Origin: Candidatus Micrarchaeota archaeon
GTDB lineage: Archaea; Micrarchaeota; Micrarchaeia; Anstonellales; Anstonellaceae
Reading direction: 5' to 3'
DNA: 15,362 bases
Assembly (NCBI GenBank): GCA_043810635.1
Contig: JBDRNY010000004.1
Location: 1-15,362, forward strand
The translations under genes were made by a program, and so were the position numbers. Shown here in pieces: positions 1 to 6,771 of the stretch. The notes beneath the pieces are model-generated. The model saw only the letters and a program-made list of their open reading frames with translations. It was not told where the DNA came from and ran no database searches. Position 1 is the first letter of the stretch. Every line of letters begins with the position of its first letter.

Positions 1-128
1 GAAACGTGCAATTTTCAAAAGAAGAATATTTCAAGCACAAGCAAAATCTATTAGCCCAAATAAGGGACGAATTAAAGAAAAAGAAAGAGCTTCCTTCGAT
101 AATAGACATGCTGGGTGGAAAAATATGA
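1..128 (+). CDS. 3' end (partial) of Cys-rich array protein, subfamily B
   Basis: Frame starting at nt 3 reads NVQFSKEEYFKHKQNLLAQIRDELKKKKELPSIIDMLGGKI*. This aligns with the frame-corrected C-terminus of the 883 gene (NLQLSQQDYLEKKQKLVDELRELFIRDKTIPSLVQILSG). TGA 126-128 overlaps the next ATG (ATGA). Confidence 0.85.
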   Translation, partial: NVQFSKEEYFKHKQNLLAQIRDELKKKKELPSIIDMLGGKI

Positions 129-886
129 AAGAAATAGAAGATGCATTTTCAGCAGTTACAAAAACCATCCTCGGCAAATCCCTTTCCCCTATTGATGATT
201 ATAATGATTGGCTCACTTCAAATTTAAGGGAAATGCCAAAGCACAAATCTGCAATAAGCGACAGGGAAATGTATGACCCGCCCCTTGTATTTTACAAGCC
301 CGTCCTTCCGACAGAAGTAAAGCTTGATGAGGCAATGGAAATCGGAAAAAAAGACATTGGAAAAGAAAATGCGCTGAAAATAAATTTGCACAATGCCTCC
401 CGCCTTCTCAAATCCATACTTTATTCCACCCCTGAAAGGGAAATGGGGCAAAACATAAACAATGTTGAATGCAGCATGCTTATTGATTCAAGCCACAATT
501 ACAGGGTAATTTCATTTTCCCACTGCAAATTATGCGCCTACTCCTTCTGGCCCCGCCAATCCGAATATTTAATCGGAGTTGATACAGTTTTCTCCTCCAA
601 ATTCTGCCTCAAATGCTACAATTCAGTAAATTTAACCCGCTGCTTTGAAACATCCCATTCCTCCCATTGCAGTGATTGCTATTTTTGCCACAATTGCGAC
701 GGATTAAGTGATTGCATGTTTTGCACAAATGTAAAATCCATGCGCTATGCAATATTTAACAAGCAATATCCAAAAGAAGAATATATGAAAATCAAAAAAA
801 TCGTATTAAATGAAATTGCAGTTAAATTAGAAAAAAACAAAACTCTTGATTTAAATATATTCAACATAGGGTGCTATAAAAAATGA
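125..886 (+). CDS. Uncharacterised Cys-rich repeat protein, subfamily A (253 aa)
   Basis: Long ORF with ATGA overlaps at both ends and GGTGG upstream. Periodic Cys motif FCLKCY...CSDCYFCHNCDGLSDCMFCTN and C-terminal LDLNIFNIGC are shared with 1638..2402 and the C-half of 3255..4835. Confidence 0.9.
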   Translation: MKEIEDAFSAVTKTILGKSLSPIDDYNDWLTSNLREMPKHKSAISDREMYDPPLVFYKPVLPTEVKLDEAMEIGKKDIGKENALKINLHNASRLLKSILYSTPEREMGQNINNVECSMLIDSSHNYRVISFSHCKLCAYSFWPRQSEYLIGVDTVFSSKFCLKCYNSVNLTRCFETSHSSHCSDCYFCHNCDGLSDCMFCTNVKSMRYAIFNKQYPKEEYMKIKKIVLNEIAVKLEKNKTLDLNIFNIGCYKK

Positions 887-896
887 CAAATGTAAA
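824..896 (+). repeat. 73-bp direct repeat, copy 1 (end of A gene, ATGA junction, start of B gene)
   Basis: Matches 3196..3268 at 67/73 positions by manual alignment, offset 2372 bp. Confidence 0.9.
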
Positions 897-1648
897 TGAT
901 GCCTGGAAAAGCACATGCAAAGTCCTGCTGGGGGATTCCGTAGGGGATATGCAGGATTACATCACTTACCTGTCCGAATATATAGAACCAACCTGCGAAA
1001 GCACATCCGCCCTCTCCTCAAAGAAAATAACCGTGGCATTGCCCCACTATCGCAAAGGCGCAAAATTTATCTCAAATGACGAGATGGGCAAATACAATGA
1101 ATATTTAAGAAAAGAAAGCTTGGATATAAACCAAATAAAAGACATTGACTCGCTGGTTGATTCTATTAAAGAAAAATTCTATTATGCCGGCAACCAAATA
1201 ACCGGCAACAGCCGCGAAGTTGAGGATTCGGATGTGTGCGCAAATTCACAACATATATACAAATCCACCGAAATTTTCGACAGCAAATACATAGCATTCT
1301 CAAGCCTGTGTAGGTATGGGGAATATGTTTTCGGCTCAAACTGGATAGGCGAATCAAAATTTCTGATAAAATGCCACTCCACATACAGACAAATCCGCTG
1401 CCTTGAGACAATAAAAACAATGATATCCTCCGATTGCTATTACACCGCAAACATTGAAGGGTGTGCAAACTGCATGTTTACTTTCAACCAAAGGAACAAA
1501 AGAAACCTGATAGGAAACCTCCAGCTGTCCCAGCAGGATTATCTTGAAAAAAAAACAAAAGCTGGTTGATGAATTGCGGGAATTATTCATCAGGGACAAA
1601 ACGATTCCAAGCCTTGTGCAGATTCTAAGTGGTGCAAATGACCGATGA
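883..1648 (+). CDS. Uncharacterised Cys-rich repeat protein, subfamily B, frameshifted in an A9 run (as sequenced it stops at 1569)
   Basis: Shares LDINQIKDxDSxxxSxxExFxYxGN with the N-half of 3255..4835. Removing one A from A9 (1547-1555) gives ...YLEKKQKLVDELRELFIRDKTIPSLVQILSGANDR* (TGA 1646-1648). That tail matches the paralogue ending at 128 and overlaps the next start. Confidence 0.85.
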
Positions 1649-2402
1649 AATTGAAAACTCATTCCAGGTAATTTGCAAAGTCCTGCTAGGGAACAAGCTA
1701 TCAAACCTTCATTCTTATTCCAAATGGCTGTGGAAAAACATCCGCGAGCCTGTTTTAAGCAAGTCTGCCGTCAGCAAAAAAACCGTGTACAGCCCTCCCC
1801 TGGTTTTCTCCCCCATAATAACCCCGACGGCAGTAAAGCTTGAGGAGTCCTTCGAGCTTGGAAAAACCGCCCTGAACCGGGATGAAGTTCAAAAGCTGAC
1901 AATAAAAGATGCAAACAGGCAAATAATAAAAATAAAATACCATAACCCCGAATTCAATATCGGCAAAAACATTGAAATTTATGAATGCGGCTCAAGTGCA
2001 AATTCAAGCTTCTGTACGCACGGCTATTCGTTTGTAAACAGCAAATTCTGCGCTTACTGCTTCTGGGCAAGGGATTCTGAGTGTATATTCGGCTCCGATT
2101 TTGTATTTTCCTCCAAATTCTGCCTCAAATGCTACAGTTCCCTGAGTTTGAGCCGATGCTTTGAGGTGAGCAGCTCAACAAATTGCTCTGACTGCTATTT
2201 CTGCCACAACTGCGATGCCTGCACAGAATGTTTATTTTGCACAAATGCAAAATCGCTTCATTATGCAATTTTTAACAGGCAGTATCCAAAAGAAGAATAT
2301 CTGAAAATAAAAAAACTAGTATTAGCCGAAATTGCCTCAAAATTAGAGAAAGAAAAGAAATTTGATTTAAGCATATTCAACATCGGCTGCAAAACCAAAT
2401 AA
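1638..2402 (+). CDS. Uncharacterised Cys-rich repeat protein, subfamily A (~254 aa)
   Basis: ATG 1638 preceded by GGTG. Clear paralogue of 125..886 (PPLVF, VFSSKFCLKCY, CSDCYFCHNCD, YAIFNxQYPKEEY, IFNIGC). Confidence 0.9.
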   Translation: MTDEIENSFQVICKVLLGNKLSNLHSYSKWLWKNIREPVLSKSAVSKKTVYSPPLVFSPIITPTAVKLEESFELGKTALNRDEVQKLTIKDANRQIIKIKYHNPEFNIGKNIEIYECGSSANSSFCTHGYSFVNSKFCAYCFWARDSECIFGSDFVFSSKFCLKCYSSLSLSRCFEVSSSTNCSDCYFCHNCDACTECLFCTNAKSLHYAIFNRQYPKEEYLKIKKLVLAEIASKLEKEKKFDLSIFNIGCKTK

Positions 2403-2447
2403 TTTATATATTTATATGTATATATCTAAATATATATGTATGGGTGA
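2403..2447 (+). promoter_or_regulatory. Promoter/operator of the RHH-PIN operon: TATA box, imperfect palindrome and RBS
   Basis: TTTATATA at 2403-2410. Inverted repeat TATATATTTATAT (2405-2417) / ATCTAAATATATA (2424-2436), 12/13 match. GGTGA at 2443-2447. The low complexity weakens the significance of the palindrome. Confidence 0.55.
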
Positions 2448-2452
2448 TTTTT

Positions 2453-2701
2453 ATGGGAAATGTAATGATAGCCCTTGATGATGAGGCTGAAAAGCTTTTG
2501 CGCTCGCTCTCATTAGAAAAATACGGCGGCAAAAAAGGCTCAATCAGGCTGACTGTAAAAGAGGCGCTCTTATTGCTAAAAAAAGAGAAGCGAAAGGAAA
2601 AAAGCATGGGAAGGTTTAGGAGGTTTATTGAGAGAAGGAGAAAAAAAGGCATAGCCAGCGGATATAAGATGTACAAATCAAGGAGTGAGATTTATGACTA
2701 A
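2453..2701 (+). CDS. Ribbon-helix-helix (CopG-like) antitoxin, VapB-like (82 aa)
   Basis: ATG 2453 follows GGTGA. N-terminal alternating strand plus helices (MGNVMIALDDEAEKLLRSL...GSIRLTVKEAL). Small basic gene overlapping a downstream PIN gene. Confidence 0.8.
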   Translation: MGNVMIALDDEAEKLLRSLSLEKYGGKKGSIRLTVKEALLLLKKEKRKEKSMGRFRRFIERRRKKGIASGYKMYKSRSEIYD

Positions 2702-3140
2702 AGTGCTGGTGGATTCCAACATAATTATATATTCCCTTCTAAAAGGCCAGGGTGGGAAAACAAGCTCCTCTCTTGATGCTATTGAAGAGCTTGCCCAAAA
2801 AAATTCCCTTGTTCTAAGCTCCCAAAATCTGGCGGAAGTTTCAAGAGTAATGACAGAAAAGGCAGCAAAACCGGCAAATCTTGATGAGTTAAAACAGGAT
2901 ATCAGAGACCTAGCAAGCTCCTCACAGATGCTCCACTACACTCTTGATACAGTCTTGGAAGCATTGAATATATCAAAAAATTCCAAGGTTCATTTTTTTG
3001 ACGCTTTGCTAGCGGCTACAATGAAAGAGAACTCAATATCTCAAATCTATACTGAAAATGTTCGCGATTTTTCAAAAATTCCCGGAATAGTTGCAATAAA
3101 CCCCTTTATTCAAAGTGGCAAAAATGGAAAATCTAAATAA
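2694..3140 (+). CDS. vapC: PIN-domain ribonuclease toxin, VapC family (148 aa)
   Basis: Start ATG 2694 after GGAGTGA. PIN acidic motifs VLVDSNII, QNLAE, FFDALLAA and YTENVRDF...NPF. Confidence 0.9.
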   Translation: MTKVLVDSNIIIYSLLKGQGGKTSSSLDAIEELAQKNSLVLSSQNLAEVSRVMTEKAAKPANLDELKQDIRDLASSSQMLHYTLDTVLEALNISKNSKVHFFDALLAATMKENSISQIYTENVRDFSKIPGIVAINPFIQSGKNGKSK

Positions 3141-3258
3141 AGTTTTCAGGCAAACCTGCAAAACAATCTTCGGCAAAGAGATAGGGGATTTGAAAAAATT
3201 ATAAAAAAACAAGGCTCTTGACCTAAATATATTCAACATCGGGTGCTATAAAAAATGA
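3124..3258 (+). pseudogene. Internally deleted remnant of Cys-rich array gene(s): B-like N-terminus fused in frame to an A-type C-terminus, with an internal stop
   Basis: A single frame from ATG 3124 reads MENLNKVFRQTCKTIFGKEIGDLKKL*KNKALDLNIFNIGCYKK*. The start resembles the paralogue N-termini. The end is near-identical to 125..886 (KLEKNKTLDLNIFNIGCYKK), with GAA changed to TAA at 3202-3204. Confidence 0.85.
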
Positions 3259-3268
3259 CAAATGTAAA
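3196..3268 (+). repeat. 73-bp direct repeat, copy 2
   Basis: 67/73 identical to 824..896. Includes the ATGA overlap and ATGACAAATGTAAA (MTNV). Confidence 0.9.
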
Positions 3269-4835
3269 AGAAGAAGTAAATAAGGCATTCCAGGAAACAT
3301 TCAAAATAATATTCGGCGAGTGCAACCTTGAGCTTGATGAGCTCAAGGAGTATCTAGTCTCCCAGCACTATATGCCCCTCTCTATAAAAAAATCAAAAGT
3401 TTCAGGCAAAGAAGTGTTTCTTTGCAACAACAAATATTCAAAAGACTCGAATTTCATATCACAGGATGAATTAAGCCTGCAAAAGCCAGAGCCTCTTGAT
3501 ATAAACCAAATAAAGGATTTGGATTCAATAATCGAGTCCTTGCGCGAAAATTTCAATTACTGTGGAAACAAGCTATTTGGAAGATGTGCAAATATTGAGA
3601 GATGCGACAATTGCACTGATTCCATCAACCTCTACAACTGCCATACTATTCTCAACTCAAAAAACCTTGCCTATTGTGAGTATGTGCGGGATAACAGTGA
3701 GAATGCCTTCGGCTCCGCGCATTTTCTTAGGGGGAGGTTCCTCCTGCGTTTTATAGGGGGAGACAATAGCTCCCGCTGCTTTGAAACCTCAACCGCAGTA
3801 AACTGCTCCGACATATATTTCTCATACCAGTGCATCAACTGCTCTGAAACAATGTTTTCATTTAATGTGCGCTCAAAGAAATATTGTATAGGAAACACCG
3901 CTCTTGAGAGGGACAAATATCTCTCTATAAAGAAAAAATTGCTTGCAGAAATGCGCGAATACATAGAAAAACACAAGAGATTTTATTCAATCTATGATTT
4001 TTCCCAAAAATTTGATTCTATTGTGCAAAAACCTCATGTTCCAAAAATACCAGAAGAGCCATTTGATATATTACCAGTTCAGAAAGCCTTTGAAACCACA
4101 ACAAAAGTGATTCTTGCAAAAGCGCTTGGGAAAATGCAAAACTATGAGAAATTTTTGCAAAAGCGCCCAGATATAGTCAAGCACTCAAAAAGCATATTTG
4201 GCAACACTCTCTATTACTCCGACTACTTTAGAACTGGCTTTATCCCAAAGGAGCGCCTGATAAACGCGGACGAGATTGACTATGCAGGGGCGGCAAAGGT
4301 GCAAATTGAGCCTGATGATGATTTAAATTCAATTCTAAAAAAAGCCTCCTCAATCGCCTTTTATTCTCCCGAGCTAAAAGAAGGGAACAATCACAACAAC
4401 AGAGAAACTCCTATCATATATAATGGAAGCGACGGATACAAGATGGGAGATATCACCCATTCCAAAAAATGCGCCTACTGCACCCACGCCTCAAAATGCG
4501 AGGCTGTCTTCGGCTCCTCAATGCTCATAAATAGCTCAAAATACTGCCTTCGCTGCCACGACAGCAACAAATTAACCGCCTGCATGGACTGCGATTCCTG
4601 CTCCAATTGCTCTTACTGCTATTTCTGCCATAACTGCGAAGGGCTAACTGAGTGCATGTTCTGTTTCAATACAAAATCACTTCGTTATGCAATAGGAAAT
4701 GTTGAGGTAGGGAAGGAAAAATACATGAAAATCAAAAAAATGGTATGCGATGAAATAATAAAAAGATTGGAAAGAGACGGGGATATTGGGTTTGATATTT
4801 ACAATATAAGGTGCTACAAAAATAACCACTTCTGA
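3255..4835 (+). CDS. Cys-rich repeat protein, natural fusion of subfamily B (N-half) and subfamily A (C-half) (526 aa)
   Basis: N-half has LDINQIKDLDSIIESLRENFNYCGN (B signature). Pro-rich linker KPHVPKIPEEPFDILP at ~4029-4076. C-half restarts with AFETTTKVILAK and has CYFCHNCEGLTECMFCFN and FDIYNIRCYK (A signature). Confidence 0.9.
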   Translation: MTNVKEEVNKAFQETFKIIFGECNLELDELKEYLVSQHYMPLSIKKSKVSGKEVFLCNNKYSKDSNFISQDELSLQKPEPLDINQIKDLDSIIESLRENFNYCGNKLFGRCANIERCDNCTDSINLYNCHTILNSKNLAYCEYVRDNSENAFGSAHFLRGRFLLRFIGGDNSSRCFETSTAVNCSDIYFSYQCINCSETMFSFNVRSKKYCIGNTALERDKYLSIKKKLLAEMREYIEKHKRFYSIYDFSQKFDSIVQKPHVPKIPEEPFDILPVQKAFETTTKVILAKALGKMQNYEKFLQKRPDIVKHSKSIFGNTLYYSDYFRTGFIPKERLINADEIDYAGAAKVQIEPDDDLNSILKKASSIAFYSPELKEGNNHNNRETPIIYNGSDGYKMGDITHSKKCAYCTHASKCEAVFGSSMLINSSKYCLRCHDSNKLTACMDCDSCSNCSYCYFCHNCEGLTECMFCFNTKSLRYAIGNVEVGKEKYMKIKKMVCDEIIKRLERDGDIGFDIYNIRCYKNNHF

Positions 4836-4885
4836 TTATTGTGTTTTGCCTGCAACAGAAGCATATGCCATCTTTCCACCCGTTC

Positions 4886-6202
4886 TCAAAAGCTAAGCAA
4901 AAATAGCCACAGCGGCACAAGCTGAATTGCCCTGCCGTCTTTTGTTTTGTGCATTTCAATTTTGTCTTTCGTTACCACTATTCCGTATTTCACTTTCTTA
5001 AAATGCCTGAAAAAAGAACAAATGCCTTTAAAGTCCTCCGATTTTATTTGGTTTTGGTATTTTACTTCAATCGGAATTGACCCTTTGCCAGCTGATTCCG
5101 CTACAAAATCAACCTCATAAGTATTTTTCCAGTAGAAGACGCGAAACCCTCTTTTTGCCAAATGCGTGAAAACAGAGTTTTCGGCTAAGGAACCAATATT
5201 TGCCAAGCCAAAGTAGCTTGTATGGAAAATCGGGTCAGCCAGCATTATTTTTTTCTCCTTCCTGAACTGCTGCGCAGTGCTTTTTGCATAGTATTCCACA
5301 AGAATGAGAAGGCACGATTCCTCAATATAATGCAGATAATTTTGAGTGGTGTTTTTGTTTTCCTCCACAGCATCTGCAATCTTGCGGAAGCTGAAGCGCT
5401 GACCTGCGTTTTGCATAAGGAACAGTGCTACCTTCTCCAGATTCTTAACATCCTTAATTTCCCAAAGTTTCACTATGTCTTTGTAGATTATTTTATCCAA
5501 ATATTCCTTTGCTATCTGGTTCTTTTTTTCCGGCGCGGCAAAGACAACCTCTGGAAATCCGCCAAACTCAAGATATTCCTGCAAAAGCGCATCCAAGCCA
5601 AGCCGGAGGAGCTTCTTATAATCCCGTTCAAAATCCTTTTCCAATTTTGGCAAGGCAATTTTTTTTGCCAAGAGGAATTCTTCAAAGGAAAAAGGGCTGA
5701 CATTAAGTGGCATCATTCTGCCTGTGAGAAACTGCAGGTCTTTGCTTGTTCTCAATGTGGCGGACGAGCCGGATATTAGGAATTTAACCTTCCCCTTATA
5801 CATATCGTACAGGTTTTTGCACTGCTGCTCCCATCTGTCATAACACTGGACTTCATCCAAAACAATGAGCTTTTTCCCATCCCCAAGCAAATCAAAAACT
5901 TCTGCAATATCTGAAAGATATTTGAAAGATTTGCGGACTTTTACATCATCACAGTTGACAAAGAGGATGTTTTGAGGTTCAATTTTCTTTTCCTTAAGCA
6001 GGGAATCAAGAACTTGGTAAATAATGGTTGTTTTGCCTGAGCGCCGAATTCCACTTATCACTTGGACGAAGTCATCATCAATCCATCTTAGCATCTCATT
6101 CAAATACTTTTTCCTTGGAAACCCTACCCAGGATGAGGGCACCTCCTGCGTCCTCCACCATGGGTTTAATATAACAAAGAGCGAAAGCCTTTCTGAAACC
6201 AT
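4886..6202 (-). CDS. AAA+ superfamily ATPase (AAA_14 + DUF4143 type) with C-terminal PD-(D/E)XK-like motif (438 aa)
   Basis: NPWW start, Walker A GIRRSGKTT, Walker B IVLDEVQ, ISGSS, LTGR, GGFPE, LAEN, YW...EVDFV...PIEVKY. Confidence 0.92.
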   Translation of the reverse strand: MVSERLSLFVILNPWWRTQEVPSSWVGFPRKKYLNEMLRWIDDDFVQVISGIRRSGKTTIIYQVLDSLLKEKKIEPQNILFVNCDDVKVRKSFKYLSDIAEVFDLLGDGKKLIVLDEVQCYDRWEQQCKNLYDMYKGKVKFLISGSSATLRTSKDLQFLTGRMMPLNVSPFSFEEFLLAKKIALPKLEKDFERDYKKLLRLGLDALLQEYLEFGGFPEVVFAAPEKKNQIAKEYLDKIIYKDIVKLWEIKDVKNLEKVALFLMQNAGQRFSFRKIADAVEENKNTTQNYLHYIEESCLLILVEYYAKSTAQQFRKEKKIMLADPIFHTSYFGLANIGSLAENSVFTHLAKRGFRVFYWKNTYEVDFVAESAGKGSIPIEVKYQNQIKSEDFKGICSFFRHFKKVKYGIVVTKDKIEMHKTKDGRAIQLVPLWLFLLSF

Positions 6203-6223
6203 ATGTTTATTTAGGGGAAAAAG

Positions 6224-6341
6224 AATAAAAACCTATCTTTTGGTCAGTCAATTGACCAAAAATGCTATAAATTTGGCTATTGCATTGACCAAGAACGGTT
6301 CAAAAGCTTTATGTTTTGTTAGTCATAAATGACAAGATGAC
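6224..6341. promoter_or_regulatory. ATPase promoter with repeated palindromic GTCA/TGAC operator-like sites
   Basis: TATA-like TTTTTATT on the - strand at 6231-6224. Perfect inverted repeat TTTTGGTCA-6nt-TGACCAAAA (6238-6261). Degenerate copy TTGGCTATTGCATTGACCAA (6273-6292, 33 bp later). GTCAT-AA-ATGAC (6322-6333). Confidence 0.6.
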
Positions 6342-6385
6342 TCAAGTATAAAAACTCCAGGATACTTAAAAAATAAGTAAACAAC

Positions 6386-6441
6386 AGTATTATATACTTC
6401 CTTATGCACATCTAATAGTATATTCAATATACATTGGGTGA
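6386..6441 (+). promoter_or_regulatory. Promoter/operator of the second antitoxin
   Basis: AGTAT-TAT-ATACT (6386-6398) lies over a TATA-like element. Perfect palindrome GTATATT-C-AATATAC (6418-6432). RBS GGTGA at 6437-6441. Confidence 0.6.
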
Positions 6442-6445
6442 TAGT

Positions 6446-6685
6446 ATGAATGTTAATTTAGGTGCGCCTTACGAGGAGATTCTGGAAAAAATAATTACCA
6501 GGGAATATGCCGGGAATAAAACCGAGGCTATTAGGCAGGCAATATCTGCCTATTGGAGAGAAATTGGGGAAGAGGAAGCAAGGCTTGTGCGCAAGGGCAT
6601 AGAGCATGAGATGAAGAAAATCCGCTCTGGCGAGGTGAAAACAATACCCTTAGAGCAAATCAAGAAAAAATATGGGGTGGAGTAA
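6446..6685 (+). CDS. Ribbon-helix-helix antitoxin (CopG/ParD/RelB-like) (79 aa)
   Basis: ATG 6446 follows GGTGA. RHH pattern MNVNLGAPYEEILEKII...NKTEAIRQAI. Tail IRSGEVKTIPLEQIKKKYG is typical of antitoxins. TAATG overlap with a toxin remnant. Confidence 0.85.
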   Translation: MNVNLGAPYEEILEKIITREYAGNKTEAIRQAISAYWREIGEEEARLVRKGIEHEMKKIRSGEVKTIPLEQIKKKYGVE

Positions 6686-6771
6686 TGGGTGTTGAATTCT
6701 CTCCCCGCGCCGACAAGGATTTATCAAAAATGGTACAAATCCTTTGGATAATTTATTACATCGGCTTTTGA
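6685..6771 (+). pseudogene. Truncated RelE/ParE-family toxin remnant
   Basis: ATG overlaps the antitoxin stop. Reads MGVEFSPRADKDLSKM (typical RelE/ParE beta1-alpha1), then an unrelated VQILWIIYYIGF* that runs into the convergent gene end. Confidence 0.7.

Noticed and set aside
590..2402. Diversity-generating retroelement (TR/VR) explanation for the similarity between 125..886 and 1638..2402, or for the 73-bp repeat
   Set aside because: Mismatches are not adenine-specific and look like ordinary paralogue divergence. No reverse transcriptase is present in the window.
125..4835. CxxCH motifs (CYFCH, CLRCH) suggesting c-type cytochromes
   Set aside because: They arise inside a 3-residue Cys periodicity, the proteins show no evident signal peptide, and no cytochrome maturation genes are nearby.
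6238..6341. Possible mini-CRISPR array
   Set aside because: Only two degenerate 20-bp copies with a 13-bp gap and no cas genes. The pattern fits operator sites better.
1..6771. Integrated mobile element (IS, provirus or ICE)
   Set aside because: No transposase, integrase, terminal inverted repeats or tRNA attachment site is visible. The region is described only as accessory.
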